A DNA stretch of 64,000 bases from positions 376,278,001-376,342,000 of the forward strand of contig OZ024742.1 in the NCBI GenBank assembly GCA_964016885.1, written 5' to 3'. Below, piece after piece: positions 1-15,000 of the stretch; the stretch's first letter is position 1; every line of letters starts with the position of its first letter. This DNA comes from Eledone cirrhosa (taxonomy: Eukaryota). The translations under genes and the position numbers were made by a program. The notes under the pieces were generated by a model. The model was not told the origin of the DNA. It saw only the letters and a program-made list of their open reading frames with translations, and searched no databases.

Positions 1-3000
1 TCCTTCTCACCCTACAATAATATACTTGTAACCCCTAATTCTGTACCTACTTCACCTACAATAATATACCTGTAACCCCTAATTTTGTACCTTCTTACCC
101 TACAATAATATACCTGTAACCCCTAATTCTGTTCCTTCTCACCTTACAATAATATACCAGTAACCCCTAATTCTATACCTTCTCCCACTACAATAATATA
201 CCTGTAACCCCTAATTCTGTTCCTTCTCATCCTACAATAATATACTTGTAACCCCTAATTCTGTACCTACTTCCCCTACAATAATATACCTGTAACCCCT
301 GATTTTGTACCTTCTCACCCTACAATAATATACCTGTAACCCCTAATTCTGTTCCTTCTTACCCTACAATAATATACCTGTAACCCCTAACTCTGTACCT
401 TCTCCCGCTACAATAATATACCTGTAACCCTTAATTCTGTACCTTCTCCCACTACAATAATATACCTGTAATCCCTAATGCTGTTCCTTCTCACCCTACA
501 ATAATATACTTGTAACCCCTAATTCTGTTCCTTCTTACCCTACAATAATCTACCTGTAATCCCTAATTCTGTTCCTTCTTACCCAACAATAATATACCTG
601 TAACCCCTAATTCTGTTCCTTCTCACCCTATAATAATATACCTGTAACCCCTAATTCTGATCGTTCTCACCATACAATAATATACCTGTAACCCCTAATT
701 CTGTTCCTTCTTACCCTACAATAATATACCTGTAATCCCTATTTCTGTTCCTTCTTACCCTACAATAATATGCTTGTAACCCCTAATTCTGTACCCTCTT
801 ACCATACTAATAATATATCTGTAACCCTTAATTCTGTTCCTTACCCTACAATAATATACCTGTAACCCCTAATTCTGTTCCTTCCCACCTTACAGTAATA
901 TACATGAAACCCCTAATTCTGTTCCTTCTCACCTTACAATAATATACCTGTAACCCCTAATTCTGTACCTTCTTATCCTACTATAATATACCTGTAACAC
1001 TAAGTCTGTACCTTCTCCCGCTACAATAATATACCTGTAACCCCTAATTCTATACCTTCTCCCACTACAATAATATACCTGTAACCCCTAATTCTGTTCC
1101 TTCTCACCCTACAATAATATACTTGTAACCCCTAATTCTGTACCTACTTCCCCTACAATAATATACCTGTAACCCCTAATTTTGTACCTTCTTACCCTAC
1201 AATAATATACCTGTAACCCCTAATTCTGTACCTTCTCACCCTACAATAATATACCTGTAACCCCTAATTCTGTTCCTTCTTACCCTACAATAATATACCT
1301 GTAACCCCTAACTCTGTACCTTCTCCCGCTACAATAATATACCTGTAACCCCTAATTCTGTACCTTCTCCCACTACAATAATATACTTGTAACCCCTAAT
1401 TCTGTACCTACTTCCCCTACAATAACATACCGGTAACCCCTAATTCTGTACCCTCTCACCTTACAGTAATATACCTGTAACCCCTAATTCTGTGCCTTCT
1501 CACCTTACAATAATATACCTAAAACCCCTAATTCTGTTCCTTCTCACCTTACAATAATATACCAGTAACCCCTAATTCTATACCTTCTCCCACTACAATA
1601 ATATACCTGTAACCCCTAATTCTGTTCCTTCTCACCCTACAATAATATACTTGTAACCCCTACTTCTGTACCTACTTCCCCTACAATAATATACCTGTAA
1701 CCCCTAATTTTGTACCTTCTCACCCTACAATAATATACCTGTAACCCCTAATTCTGTTCCTTCTTACCCTACAATAATATACCTGTAACCCCTAACTCTG
1801 TACCTTCTCCCGCTACAATAATATACCTGTAACCCTTAATTCTGTACCTTCTCCCACTACAATAATATACCTGTAACCCCTAATTCTGTTCGTTCTCACC
1901 TTACAATAATATACCTGTAACCCCTAATTCTGTACCTTCTTATCCTACTATAATATACCTGTAACCCGTAAGTCTGTACCTTCTCCCGCTACAAAAATAT
2001 ACCTGTAACCCCTAATTCTGTACCTTCTTACCCTACAATAATATACCTGTAACCCCTAATTCTGTTCCTTCTCACCCTACAATAATATACCTGTAACCCC
2101 TAATTCTGTACCTTCTTGCTCTACAATAATATACCTGTAACCCCTAATTCTGTTCCTTCTCACCCTACAATAATATACCTGTAACCCCTAATTCTGTTCC
2201 TTCTTACTCTACAATAATATACCTGTAACCCCTAATTCTGTTCCTTCTCACCCTACAATAATATACCTGTAACCCCTAAATCTGTACCTTACTCTACAAT
2301 AATATACCTGTAACCCCTAATTCTGTACCTTCTCACCCTACAATAATATACCTGTAACCCCTAATTCTGTACCTTACTCTACAATAATATACCCGTAAGC
2401 CCTAATTCTGTACCTTCTCACCCTACAATAATATACCTGTAACCCCTAATTCTGTACCTTCTCACCCTAAAATAATATACCTGTAACCCCTAATTCTGTA
2501 CCTTCTCACCCTACATTAATATACCTGTAACCCCTAATTCTGTACCCTCTTACCCTACAATAATATACCTGTAACCCCTAATTCTGTAACTTCTTACTCT
2601 ACAATAATATACCTGTAACCCCTAATTCTGTTCCTTCTCACCCTACAATAATATACCTGTAACCCCTAATTCTGTTCCTTCTTACTCTACAATAATATAC
2701 CTGTAACCCCTAATACTGTTCCTTCTCACCCTACAATAATATACCTGTAACCCCTAATTCTGTACCTTCTGACCCTACAATAATATACCTGTAACCCATA
2801 ATTCTGTACCTTACTCTACAATAATATACCTGTAACCCCTAATTCTGTACCTTCTCACCCTACAATAATATACCTGTAACCCCTAATTCTGTTCCTTCTC
2901 ACCCTACAATAATATACCTGTAACCTCTAATTCTGTACCTTCTCACCCTACAAAAATATACCTGTAACCCCTAATTCTGTACCTTCTCACCCTACAATAA

Positions 3001-6000
3001 TATACCTGTAACCCCTAATTCTGTTCCTTCTCACCCTACAATAATATACCTGTAACCCCTAATTCTGTACCTTCTCACCCTACAATAATATACCTGTAAC
3101 CCCTAATTCTGTTCCTTCTCATCCTACAATAATATAGCTGTACCCCCTAATTCTGTCACTTCTTACTCTACAATAATATACTTGTAACCCCTAATTCTGT
3201 ACCCTCTCACCCTACAATAATATACCTGTAACCCCTAATTCTGTACCTTCTCACCCTACAATAATATACCTGTAACCCCTAATTCTGTACCTTCTCATCC
3301 TACATTAATATACCTGTAACCCCTAATTCTGTACCTTATTACCCTACAATAATATACCTGTAACCCCTAATTCTGTACCTTCTCACCCTACAATAATATA
3401 CCTGTAACCCCTAATTCTGTTCCTTCTCACCCTACAATAATATACCTGTAACCCCTAATTCTATTCCCTCTTACCCTACAATATATACCTGTAACCCCTA
3501 ATTCTGTACCTTCTTACCCTACAATAATATACCTGTAACCCCTAATTCTGTTCCTTCTCACCCTACAATAATATACCTGTAACCCCTAATTCTGTACCTT
3601 CTCACCCTACAATAATATACCTGTAACCCCTAATTCTGTACCTTCTCATCCTACATTAATATACCTGTAACCCCTAATTCTGTACCTTATTACCCTACAA
3701 TAATATACCTGTAACCCCTAATTCTGTTCCTTCTCACCCTACAATAATATACCTGTAACCCCTAATTCTGTACCTTCTCACCCTACAATAATATACCTGT
3801 AACCCCTAATTCTGTTCCTTCTCACCCTACAATAATATACCTGTACCCCTAATTCTGTTCCTTCTTACCCTACAATATATACCTGTAACCCCTAATTCTG
3901 TACCTTCTTACCCTACAATAATATACCTGTAACCCCTAATTCTGTTCCTTCTCACCCTACAATAATATACCTGTAACCCCTAATTCTGTTCCTTCTTACC
4001 CTACAATAATATACCTGTAACCCCTAACTCTGTTCCTTCTCCCGCTACAATAATATACCTGTAACCCTTAATTCTGTACCTTCTCTCACTACAATAATAT
4101 ACCTGTAATCCCTAATGCTGTTCCTTCTCACCCTACAATAATATACTTGTAACCCCTAATTCTGTTCCTTCTTACCCTACAATAATCTACCTGTAATCCC
4201 TAATTCTGTTCCTTCTTACCCAACAATAATATACCTGTAACCCCTAATTCTGTTCCTTCTCACCCTATAATAATATACCTGTAACCCCTAATTCTGATCG
4301 TTCTCACCTTACAATAATATACCTGTAACCCCTAATTCTGTTCCTTCTTACCCTACAATAATATACCTGTAATCCCTAATTCTGTAGCTTCACACCCTAC
4401 AATAATATACCTGTAACCCCTAATTCTGTTCCTTCTTACACTACAATAATATACCTGTAATCCCTATTTCTGTTCCTTCTTACCCTACGATAATATACCT
4501 GTAACCCCTAATTCTGTTCCTTCTCACCTTACAATAATATACCTGAAACCCCTAATTCTGTTCCTTCTCACCTTACAATAATATACCTGTAACCCCTAAT
4601 TCTGTACCTTCTTATCCTACTATAATATACCTGTAACCCCTAATTCTGTACCTTCTTATCCTACTATAATATACCTGTAACCCCTAACTCTGTACCTTCT
4701 CCCGCTACAATAATATACCTGTAACCCTTAATTCTCTACCTTCTCCCACTACAATAATATACCTGTAACCCCTAATTCTGTTCCTTCTCACCCTACAATA
4801 ATATACTTGTAACCCCTAATTCTGTTCCTTCTTACCCTACAATAATCTACCTGTAATCCCTAATTCTGTTCCTTCTTACCCAACAATAATATACATGTAA
4901 CCCCTAATTCTGTACCTTCTCACCTTACAATAATATACCTGTAACCCCTAATTCTGTTCCTTCTTACCTTACAATAATATACCTGTAACCCCTAATTCTG
5001 TTCCTTCTTACCCTACAATAATATACCTGTAACCCCTAATTCTGTACCTGCTCACCCTACAATAATATACCTGTAACCCCTAATTCTGTTCCTTCTCACC
5101 TTACAATAATATACCTGTAACCCCTAATTCTGTTCCCTCTCACCTTACAATAATATACCTGTAAACCCTATTTCTGTACCTGCTGACCGTACAATAATAT
5201 ACCTGTAACCCCTAATTCTGTTCCTTCGTACCCTACGATAATATACCTGTAACCCCTAATTCTGTAGCTTCACACCCTACAATAATATACCTGTAACCCC
5301 TAATTCTGTTCCTTCTTACACTACAATAATATACCTGTAATCCTTAATTCTATTCCTTCTTACCCTACAATAATATACTTGTAACCCCTAATTCTGTACC
5401 CTCTTACCATACAGTAATATACCTGTAACCCCTAATTCTGTACCTTCTCACCCTACAATAATATACCTGTAACCCCTAATTCTGTACCTTCTCACCCTAA
5501 AATAATATACCTGTAACCCCTAATTCTGTACCTTCTCACCCTACATTAATATACCTGTAACCCCTAATTCTGTACCTTCTTACCCTACAATAATATACCT
5601 GTAACCCCTAATTCTGTAACTTCTTACTCTACAATAATATACCTGTAACCCCTAATTCTGTTCCTTCTCACCCTACAATAATATACCTGTAACCCCTAAT
5701 TCTGTTCCTTCTTACTCTACAATAATATACCTGTAACCCCTAATACTGTTCCTTCTCACCCTACAATAATATACCTGTAACCCCTAATTCTGTACCTTCT
5801 GACCCTACAATAATATACCTGTAACCCCTAATTCTGTACCTTACTCTACAATAATATACCTGTAACCCCTAATTCTGTACCTTCTCACCCTACAATAATA
5901 TACCTGTAACCCCTAATTCTGTTCCTTCTCACCCTACAATAATATACCTGTAACCTCTAATTCTGTACCTTCTCACCCTACAATAATATACCTGTAACCC

Positions 6001-9000
6001 CTAATTCTGTACCTTCTCACCCTACAATAATATACCTGTAATCCCTAATTCTGTTCCTTCTTACCCAACAATAATATACCTGTAACCCCTAATTCTGTTC
6101 CTTCTCACCCTATAATAATATACCTATAACCCCTAATTCTGATCGTTCTCACCTTACAATAATATACCTGTAACCCCTAATTCTGTTCCTTCTTACCCTA
6201 CAATAATATACCTGTAATCCCTAATTCTGTAGCTTCACACCCTACAATAATATACCTGTAACCCCTAATTCTGTTCCTTCTTACACTACAATAATATACC
6301 TGTAATCCCTATTTCTGTTCCTTCTCACCTTACAATAATATACCTGAAACCCCTAATTCTGTTCCTTCTCACCTTACAATAATATACCTGTAACCCCTAA
6401 TTCTGTACCTTCTTATCCTACTATAATATACCTGTAACCCCTAATTCTGTACCTTCTTATCCTACTATAATATACCTGTAACCCCTAACTCTGTACCTTC
6501 TCCCGCTACAATAATATACCTGTAACCCTTAATTCTCTACCTTCTCCCACTACAATAATATACCTGTAACCCCTAATTCTGTTCCTTCTCACCCTACAAT
6601 AATATACTTGTAACCCCTAATTCTGTTCCTTCTTACCCTACAATAATCTACCTGTAATCCCTAATTCTGTTCCTTCTCACCCTACAATAATATACTTGTA
6701 ACCCCTAATTCTGTTCCTTCTTACCCTACAATAATCTACCTGTAATCCCTAATTCTGTTCCTTCTTACTCAACAATAATATACATGTAACCCCTAATTCT
6801 GTACCTTCTCACCTTACAATAATATACCTGTAACCCCTAATTCTGTTCCTTCTTACCTTACAATAATATACCTGTAACCCCTAATTCTGTTCCTTCTTAC
6901 CCTACAATAATATACCTGTAACCCCTAATTCTGTACCTGCTCACCCTACAATAATATACCTGTAACCCCTAATTCTGTTCCTTCTCACCTTACAATAATA
7001 TACCTGTAACCCCTAATTCTGTTCCCTCTCACCTTACAATAATATACCTGTAAACCCTATTTCTGTACCTGCTGACCGTACAATAATATACCTGTAACCC
7101 CTAATTCTGTTCCTTCGTACCCTACGATAATATACCTGTAACCCCTAATTCTGTAGCTTCACACCCTACAATAATATACCTGTAACCCCTAATTCTGTTC
7201 CTTCTTACACTACAATAATATACCTGTAATCCTTAATTCTATTCCTTCTTACCCTACAATAATATACTTGTAACCCCTAATTCTGTACCTTACTCTACAA
7301 TAATATACCTGTAACCCCTAATTCTGTACCTTCTCACCCTACAATAATATACCTGTAACCCCTAATTCTGTTCCTTCTCACCCTACAATAATATACCTGT
7401 AACTCCTAATTCTGTAACTTCTTACTCTACAATAATATACCTGTAACCCCTAATTCTGTTCCTTCTCACCCTACAATAATATACCTGTAACCCCTAATTC
7501 TGTTCCTTCTTACTCTACAATAATATACATGTAACCCCTAATACTGTTCCTTCTCACCCTACAATAATATACCTGTAACCCCTAATTCTGTACCTTCTGA
7601 CCCTACAATAATATACCTGTAACCCCTAATTCTGTACCTTACTCTACAATAATATACCTGTAACCCCTAATTCTGTACCTTCTCACCCTACAATAATATA
7701 CCTGTAACCCCTAATTCTGTTCCTTCTCACCCTACAATAATATACCTGTAACCTCTAATTCTGTACCTTCTCACCCTACAATAATATACCTGTAACCCCT
7801 AATTCTGTACCTTCTCACCCTACAATAATATACCTGTAACCCCTAATTCTGTTCCTTCTCACCCTACAATAATATACCTGTAACCCCTAATTCTGTACCT
7901 TCGCACCCTACAAAAATATACCTGTAACCCCTAATTCTGTTCCTTCTCACCTTACAATAATATACCTGTAACCCCTAATTCTGTTCCTTCTTACCCTACA
8001 ATAATATACCTGTAACCCCTAATTCTGTACCTGCTCACCCTACAATAATATACCTGTAACCCCTAATTCTGTTCCTTCTCACCTTACAATAATATACCTG
8101 TAACCCCTAATTCTGTTCCCTGTCACCTTACAATAATATACCTGTAAACCCTATTTCTGTACCTGCTGACCGTACAATAATATACCTGTAAACCCTAATT
8201 CTGTTCCTTCGTACCCTACGATAATATACCTGTAACCCCTAATTCTGTAGCTTCACACCCTACAATAATATACCTGTAACCCCTAATTCTGTTCCTTCTT
8301 ACACTACAATAATATACCTGTAATCCCTAATTCTATTCCTTCTTACCCTACAATAATATACTTGTAACCCCTAATTCTGTACCCTCTTACCATACAGTAA
8401 TATACCTGTAACCCCTAATTCTGTACCTTCTCACCCTACAATAATATACCTGTAACCCCTAATTCTGTACCTTCTCACCCTAAAATAATATACCTGTAAC
8501 CCCTAATTCTGTACCTTCTCACCCTACATTAATATACCTGTAACCCCTAATTCTGTACCTTCTTACCCTACAATAATATACCTGTAACCCCTAATTCTGT
8601 AACTTCTTACTCTACAATAATATACCTGTAACCCCTAATTCTGTTCCTTCTCACCCTACAATAATATACCTGTAACCCCTAATTCTGTTCCTTCTTACTC
8701 TACAATAATATACCTGTAACCCCTAATACTGTTCCTTCTCACCCTACAATAATATACCTGTAACCCCTAATTCTGTACCTTCTGACCCTACAATAATATA
8801 CCTGTAACCCCTAATTCTGTACCTTACTCTACAATAATATACCTGTAACCCCTAATTCTGTACCTTCTCACCCTACAATAATATACCTGTAACCCCTAAT
8901 TCTGTTCCTTCTCACCCTACAATAATATACCTGTAACCTCTAATTCTGTACCTTCTCACCCTACAATAATATACCTGTAACCCCTAATTCTGTACCTTCT

Positions 9001-12000
9001 CACCCTACAATAATATACCTGTAACCCCTAATTCTGTTCCTTCTCACCCTACAATAATATACCTGTAACCCCTAATTCTGTACCTTCTCACCCTACAATA
9101 ATATACCTGTAACCCCTAATTCTGTTCCTTCTCACCCTACAATAATATACCTGTACCCCCTAATTCTGTCACTTCTTACTCTACAATAATATACCTGTAA
9201 CCCCTAATTCTGTACCCTCTCACCCTACAATAATATACCTGTAACCCCTAATTCTGTACCTTCTCACCCTACAATAATATACCTGTAACCCCTAATTCTG
9301 TACCTTCTCACCCTACAATAATATACCTGTAACCCCTAATTCTGTACCTTCTCATCTTACATTAATATACCTGTAACCCCTAATTCTGTACCTTATTACC
9401 CTACAATAATATACCTGTAACCCCTAATTCTGTACCTTCTCACCCTACAATAATATACCTGTAACCCCTAATTCTGTTCCTTCTCACCCTACAATAATAT
9501 ACCTGTAACCCCTAATTCTGTTCCTTCTTACCCTACAATATATACCTGTAACCCCTAATTCTGTACCTTCTTACCCTACAATAATATACCTGTAACCCCT
9601 AACTCTGTACCTTCTCCCGCTACAATAATATACCTGTAACCCTTAATTCTGTACCTTCTCCCACTACAATAATATACCTGTAATCCCTAATGCTGTTCCT
9701 TCTCACCCTACAATAATATACTTGTAACCCCTAATTCTGTTCCTTCTTACCCTACAATAATCTACCTGTAATCCCTAATTCTGTTCCTTCTTACCCAACA
9801 ATAATATACCTGTAACCCCTAATTCTGTTCCTTCTCACCCTATAATAATATACCTGTAACCCCTAATTCTGATCGTTCTCACCTTACAATAATATACCTG
9901 TAACCCCTAATTCTGTTCCTTCTTACCCTACAATAATATACCTGTAATCCCTAATTCTGTAGCTTCACACCCTACAATAATATACCTGTAACCCCTAATT
10001 CTGTTCCTTCTTACACTACAATAATATACCTGTAATCCCTATTTCTGTTCCTTCTTACCCTACGATAATATACCTGTAACCCCTAATTCTGTTCCTTCTC
10101 ACCTTAAAATAATATACCTGAAACCCCTAATTCTGTTCCTTCTCACCTTACAATAATATACCTGTAACCCCTAATTCTGTACCTTCTTATCCTACTATAA
10201 TATACCTGTAACCCCTAATTCTGTACCTTCTTATCCTACTATAATATACCTGTAACCCCTAACTCTGTACCTTCTCCCGCTACAATAATATACCTGTAAC
10301 CCTTAATTCTCTACCTTCTCCCACTACAATAATATACCTGTAACCCCTAATTCTGTTCCTTCTCACCCTACAATAATATACTTGTAACCCCTAATTCTGT
10401 TCCTTCTTACCCTACAATAATCTACCTGTAATCCCTAATTCTGTTCCTTCTTACCCAACAATAATATACATGTAACCCCTAATTCTGTACCTTCTCACCT
10501 TACAATAATATACCTGTAACCCCTAATTCTGTTCCTTCTTACCTTACAATAATATACCTGTAACCCCTAATTCTGTTCCTTCTTACCCTACAATAATATA
10601 CCTGTAACCCCTAATTCTGTACCTGCTCACCCTACAATAATATACCTGTAACCCCTAATTCTGTTCCTTCTCACCTTACAATAATATACCTGTAACCCCT
10701 AATTCTGTTCCCTCTCACCTTACAATAATATACCTGTAAACCCTAATTCTGTACCTGCTGACAGTACAATAATATACCTGTAACCCCTAATTCTGTTCCT
10801 TCGTACCCTACGATAATATACCTGTAACCCCTAATTCTGTAGCTTCACACCCTACAATAATATACCTGTAACCCCTAATTCTGTTCCTTCTTACACTACA
10901 ATAATATACCTGTAATCCCTAATTCTATTCCTTCTTACCCTACAATAATATACTTGTAACCCCTAATTCTGTACCCTCTTACCATACAGTAATATACCTG
11001 TAACCCCTAATTCTGTTCCTTCTCACCTTACAATAATATACCTGTAACCCCTAATTCTGTACCTTCTTATCCTACTATAATATACCTATAACCCCTAACT
11101 CTGTACCTTCTCCCGCTACAATAATATACCCGTAACCCCTAATTCTATACCTTCTCCCACTACAATAATATACCTGTAACCCCTAATTCTGTTCCTTCTC
11201 ACCCTACAATAATATACTTGTAACCCCTAATTCTGTACCTACTTCCCCTACAATAATATACCTGTAACCCCTAATTTTGTACCTTTTCACCCTACAATAA
11301 TATACCTGTAACCTCTTATTCTGTTCCTTCTTACCCTACAATAATATACCTGTAACCCCTAATTCTGTACCTTCTCAACCTACAATAATCTACCTGTAAC
11401 CCCTAATTCTGTACCTTCTCACCCTACAATAATATACCTGTAACCCCTAATTCTGTTCCTTCTTACCCTACAATAATATACCTGTAACCCCTAACTCTGT
11501 ACCTTCTCCCGCTACAATAATATACCTGTAACCCCTAATTCTGTACCTTCTCCCACTACAATAATATACCTGTAACCCCTAATTCTGTACCCTCTTACCC
11601 TACAATAATATACCTGTAACCCCTAATTCTGTTCCCTCTCACCTTACAATAATATACCTGTAAACCCTAATTCTGTACCTGCTGACCGTACAATAATATA
11701 CCTGTAACCCCTAATTCTGTTCCTTCGTACCCTACGATAATATACCTGTAACCCCTAATTCTGTCGCTTCACACCCTACAATAATATACCTGTAACCCCT
11801 AATTCTGTTCCTTCTTACACTACAATAATATACCTGTAATCCCTAATTCTATTCCTTCTTACCCTACAATAATATACTTGTAACCCCTAATTCTGTACCC
11901 TCTTACCATACAGTAATATACCTGTAACCCCTAATTCTGTTCCTTCTCACCTTACAATAATATACCTGTAACCCCTAATTCTGTACCTTCTTATCCTACT

Positions 12001-15000
12001 ATAATATACCTGTAACCCCTAACTCTGTACCTTCTCCCGCTACAATAATATACCCGTAACCCCTAATTCTATACCTTCTCCCACTACAATAATATACCTG
12101 TAACCCCTAATTCTGTTCCTTCTCACCCTACAATAATATACTTGTAACCCCTAATTCTGTACCTACTTCCCCTACAATAATATACCTGTAACCCCTAATT
12201 TTGTACCTTCTCACCCTACAATAATATACCTGTAACCTCTTATTCTGTTCCTTCTTACCCTACAATAATATACCTGTAACCCCTAATTCTGTACCTTCTC
12301 AACCTACAATAATATACCTGTAACCCCTAATTCTGTACCTTCTCACCCTACAATAATATACCTGTAACCCCTAATTCTGTTCCTTTTACCCTACAATAAT
12401 ATATCTGTAACCCCTAACTCTACCTTCTCCCGCTACAATAATATACCTGTAACCCCTAATTCTGTACCTTCTCCCACTACAATAATATACCTGTAACCCC
12501 TAATTCTGTACCCTCTTACCCTACAATAATATACCTGTAACCCCTAATTCTGTTCCTTCTAACCCTACAATAATATACTTGTAACCCCTAATACTGTACC
12601 TACTTCCCCTACAATAACATACCGGTAACCCCTAATTCTGTACCCTCTTACCCTACAATAATATACCTGTAACCCCTAATTCTGTTCCTTCTCACCTTAC
12701 AGTAATATACCTGTAACCCCTAATTCTGTTCCTTCTCACCTTACAATAATATACCTAAAACCCCTAATTCTGTTCCTTCTCACCTTACAATAATATACCA
12801 GTAACCCCTAATTCTATACCTTCTCACCCTACAATAATATACCTGTAACCCCTAATTCTGTTCCTTCTTACCCTACAATAATATACCTGTAACCCCTAAA
12901 TCTGTACCTTCTCCCGCTACAATAATATACCTGTAACCCTTAATTCTGTACCTTCTCCCACTACAATAATATACCTGTAACCCCTAATGCTGTTCCTTCT
13001 CACCCTACAATAATATACTTGTAACCCCTAATTCTGTTCCTTCTTACCCTACAATAATCTACCTGTAAACCCTAATTCTGTTCCTTCTTACCCAACAATA
13101 ATATACCTGTAACCCCTAATTATGTTCCTTCTCACCCTACAATAATATACCTGTAACCCCTAATTCTGTTCCTTCTTACCCTACAATAATATACCTGTAA
13201 TCCCTAATTCTGTAGCTTCACACCCTACAATAATATACCTGTAACCCCTAATTCTGTTCCTTCTTACACTACAATAATATACCTGTAATCCCTATTTCTG
13301 TTCCTTCTTACCCTACAATAATATGCTTGTAACCCCTAATTCTGTACCCTCTTACCATACAATAATATATCTGTAACCCCTAATTCTGTTCCTTACCCTA
13401 CAATAATATACCTGTAACCCCTAATTCTGTTCCTTCCCACCTTACAGTAATATACATGAAACCCCTAATTCTGTTCCTTCTCACATTACAATAATATACC
13501 TGTAACCCCCAATTCTGTACCTTCTTATCCTACTATAATATACCTGTAACCCCTAAGTCTGTACCTTCTCCCGCTACAATAATATACCTGTAACCCCTAA
13601 TTCTATACCTTCTCCCACTACAATAATATACCTGTAACCCCTAATTCTGTTCCTTCTCACCCTACAATAATATACTTGTAACCCCTAATTCTGTACCTAC
13701 TTCACCTACAATAATATACCTGTAACCCCTAATTTTGTACCTTCTCATCCTACAATAATATACTTGTAACCCCTAATTCTGTACCTACTTCCCCTACAAT
13801 AATATACCTGTAACCCCTGATTTTGTACCTTCTCACCCTACAATAATATACCTGTAACCCCTAATTCTGTTCCTTCTTACCCTACAATAATATACCTGTA
13901 ACCCCTAACTCTGTACCTTCTCCCGCTACAATAATATACCTGTAACCCTTAATTCTGTACCTTCTCCCACTACAATAATATACCTGTAATCCCTAATGCT
14001 GTTCCTTCTCACCCTACAATAATATACTTGTAACCCCTAATTCTGTTCCTTCTTACCCTACAATAATCTACCTGTAATCCCTAATTCTGTTCCTTCTTAC
14101 CCAACAATAATATACCTGTAACCCCTAATTCTGTTCCTTCTCACCCTATAATAATATACCTGTAACCCCTAATTCTGATCGTTCTCACCTTACAATAATA
14201 TACCTGTAACCCCTAATTCTGTTCCTTCTTACCCTACAATAATATACCTGTAATCCCTAATTCTGTAGCTTCACACCCTACAATAATATACCTGTAACCC
14301 CTAATTCTGTTCCTTCTTACACTACAATAATATACCTGTAATCCCTATTTCTGTTCCTTCTTACCCTACAATAATATGCTTGTAACCCCTAATTCTGTAC
14401 CCTCTTACCATACAATAATATATCTGTAACCCTTAATTCTGTTCCTTACCCTACAATAATATACCTGTAACCCCTAATTCTGTTCCTTCCCACCTTACAG
14501 TAATATACATGAAACCCCTAATTCTGTTCCTTCTCACCTTACAATAATATACCTGTAACCCCTAATTCTGTACCTTCTTATCCTACTATAATATACCTGT
14601 AACCCCTAAGTCTGTACCTTCTCCCGCTACAATAATATACCTGTAACCCCTAATTCTGTACCTACTTCACCTACAATAATATACCTATATCCCCTAATTT
14701 TGTACCTTCTTACCCTACAATAATATACCTGTAACCCCTAATTCTGTTCCTTCTCACCCTACAATAATATACTTGTAACCCCTAATTCTGTACCTACTTC
14801 ACCTACAATAATATACCTATATCCCCTAATTTTGTACCTTCTTACCCTACAATAATATACCTGTAACCCCTAATTCTGTACCTTCTCACCCTACAATAAT
14901 ATACCTGCAACCCCTAATTCTGTTCCTTCTTACCCTACAATAATATACCTGTAACCCCTAACTCTGTACCTTCTCCCGCTACAATAATATACCTGTAACC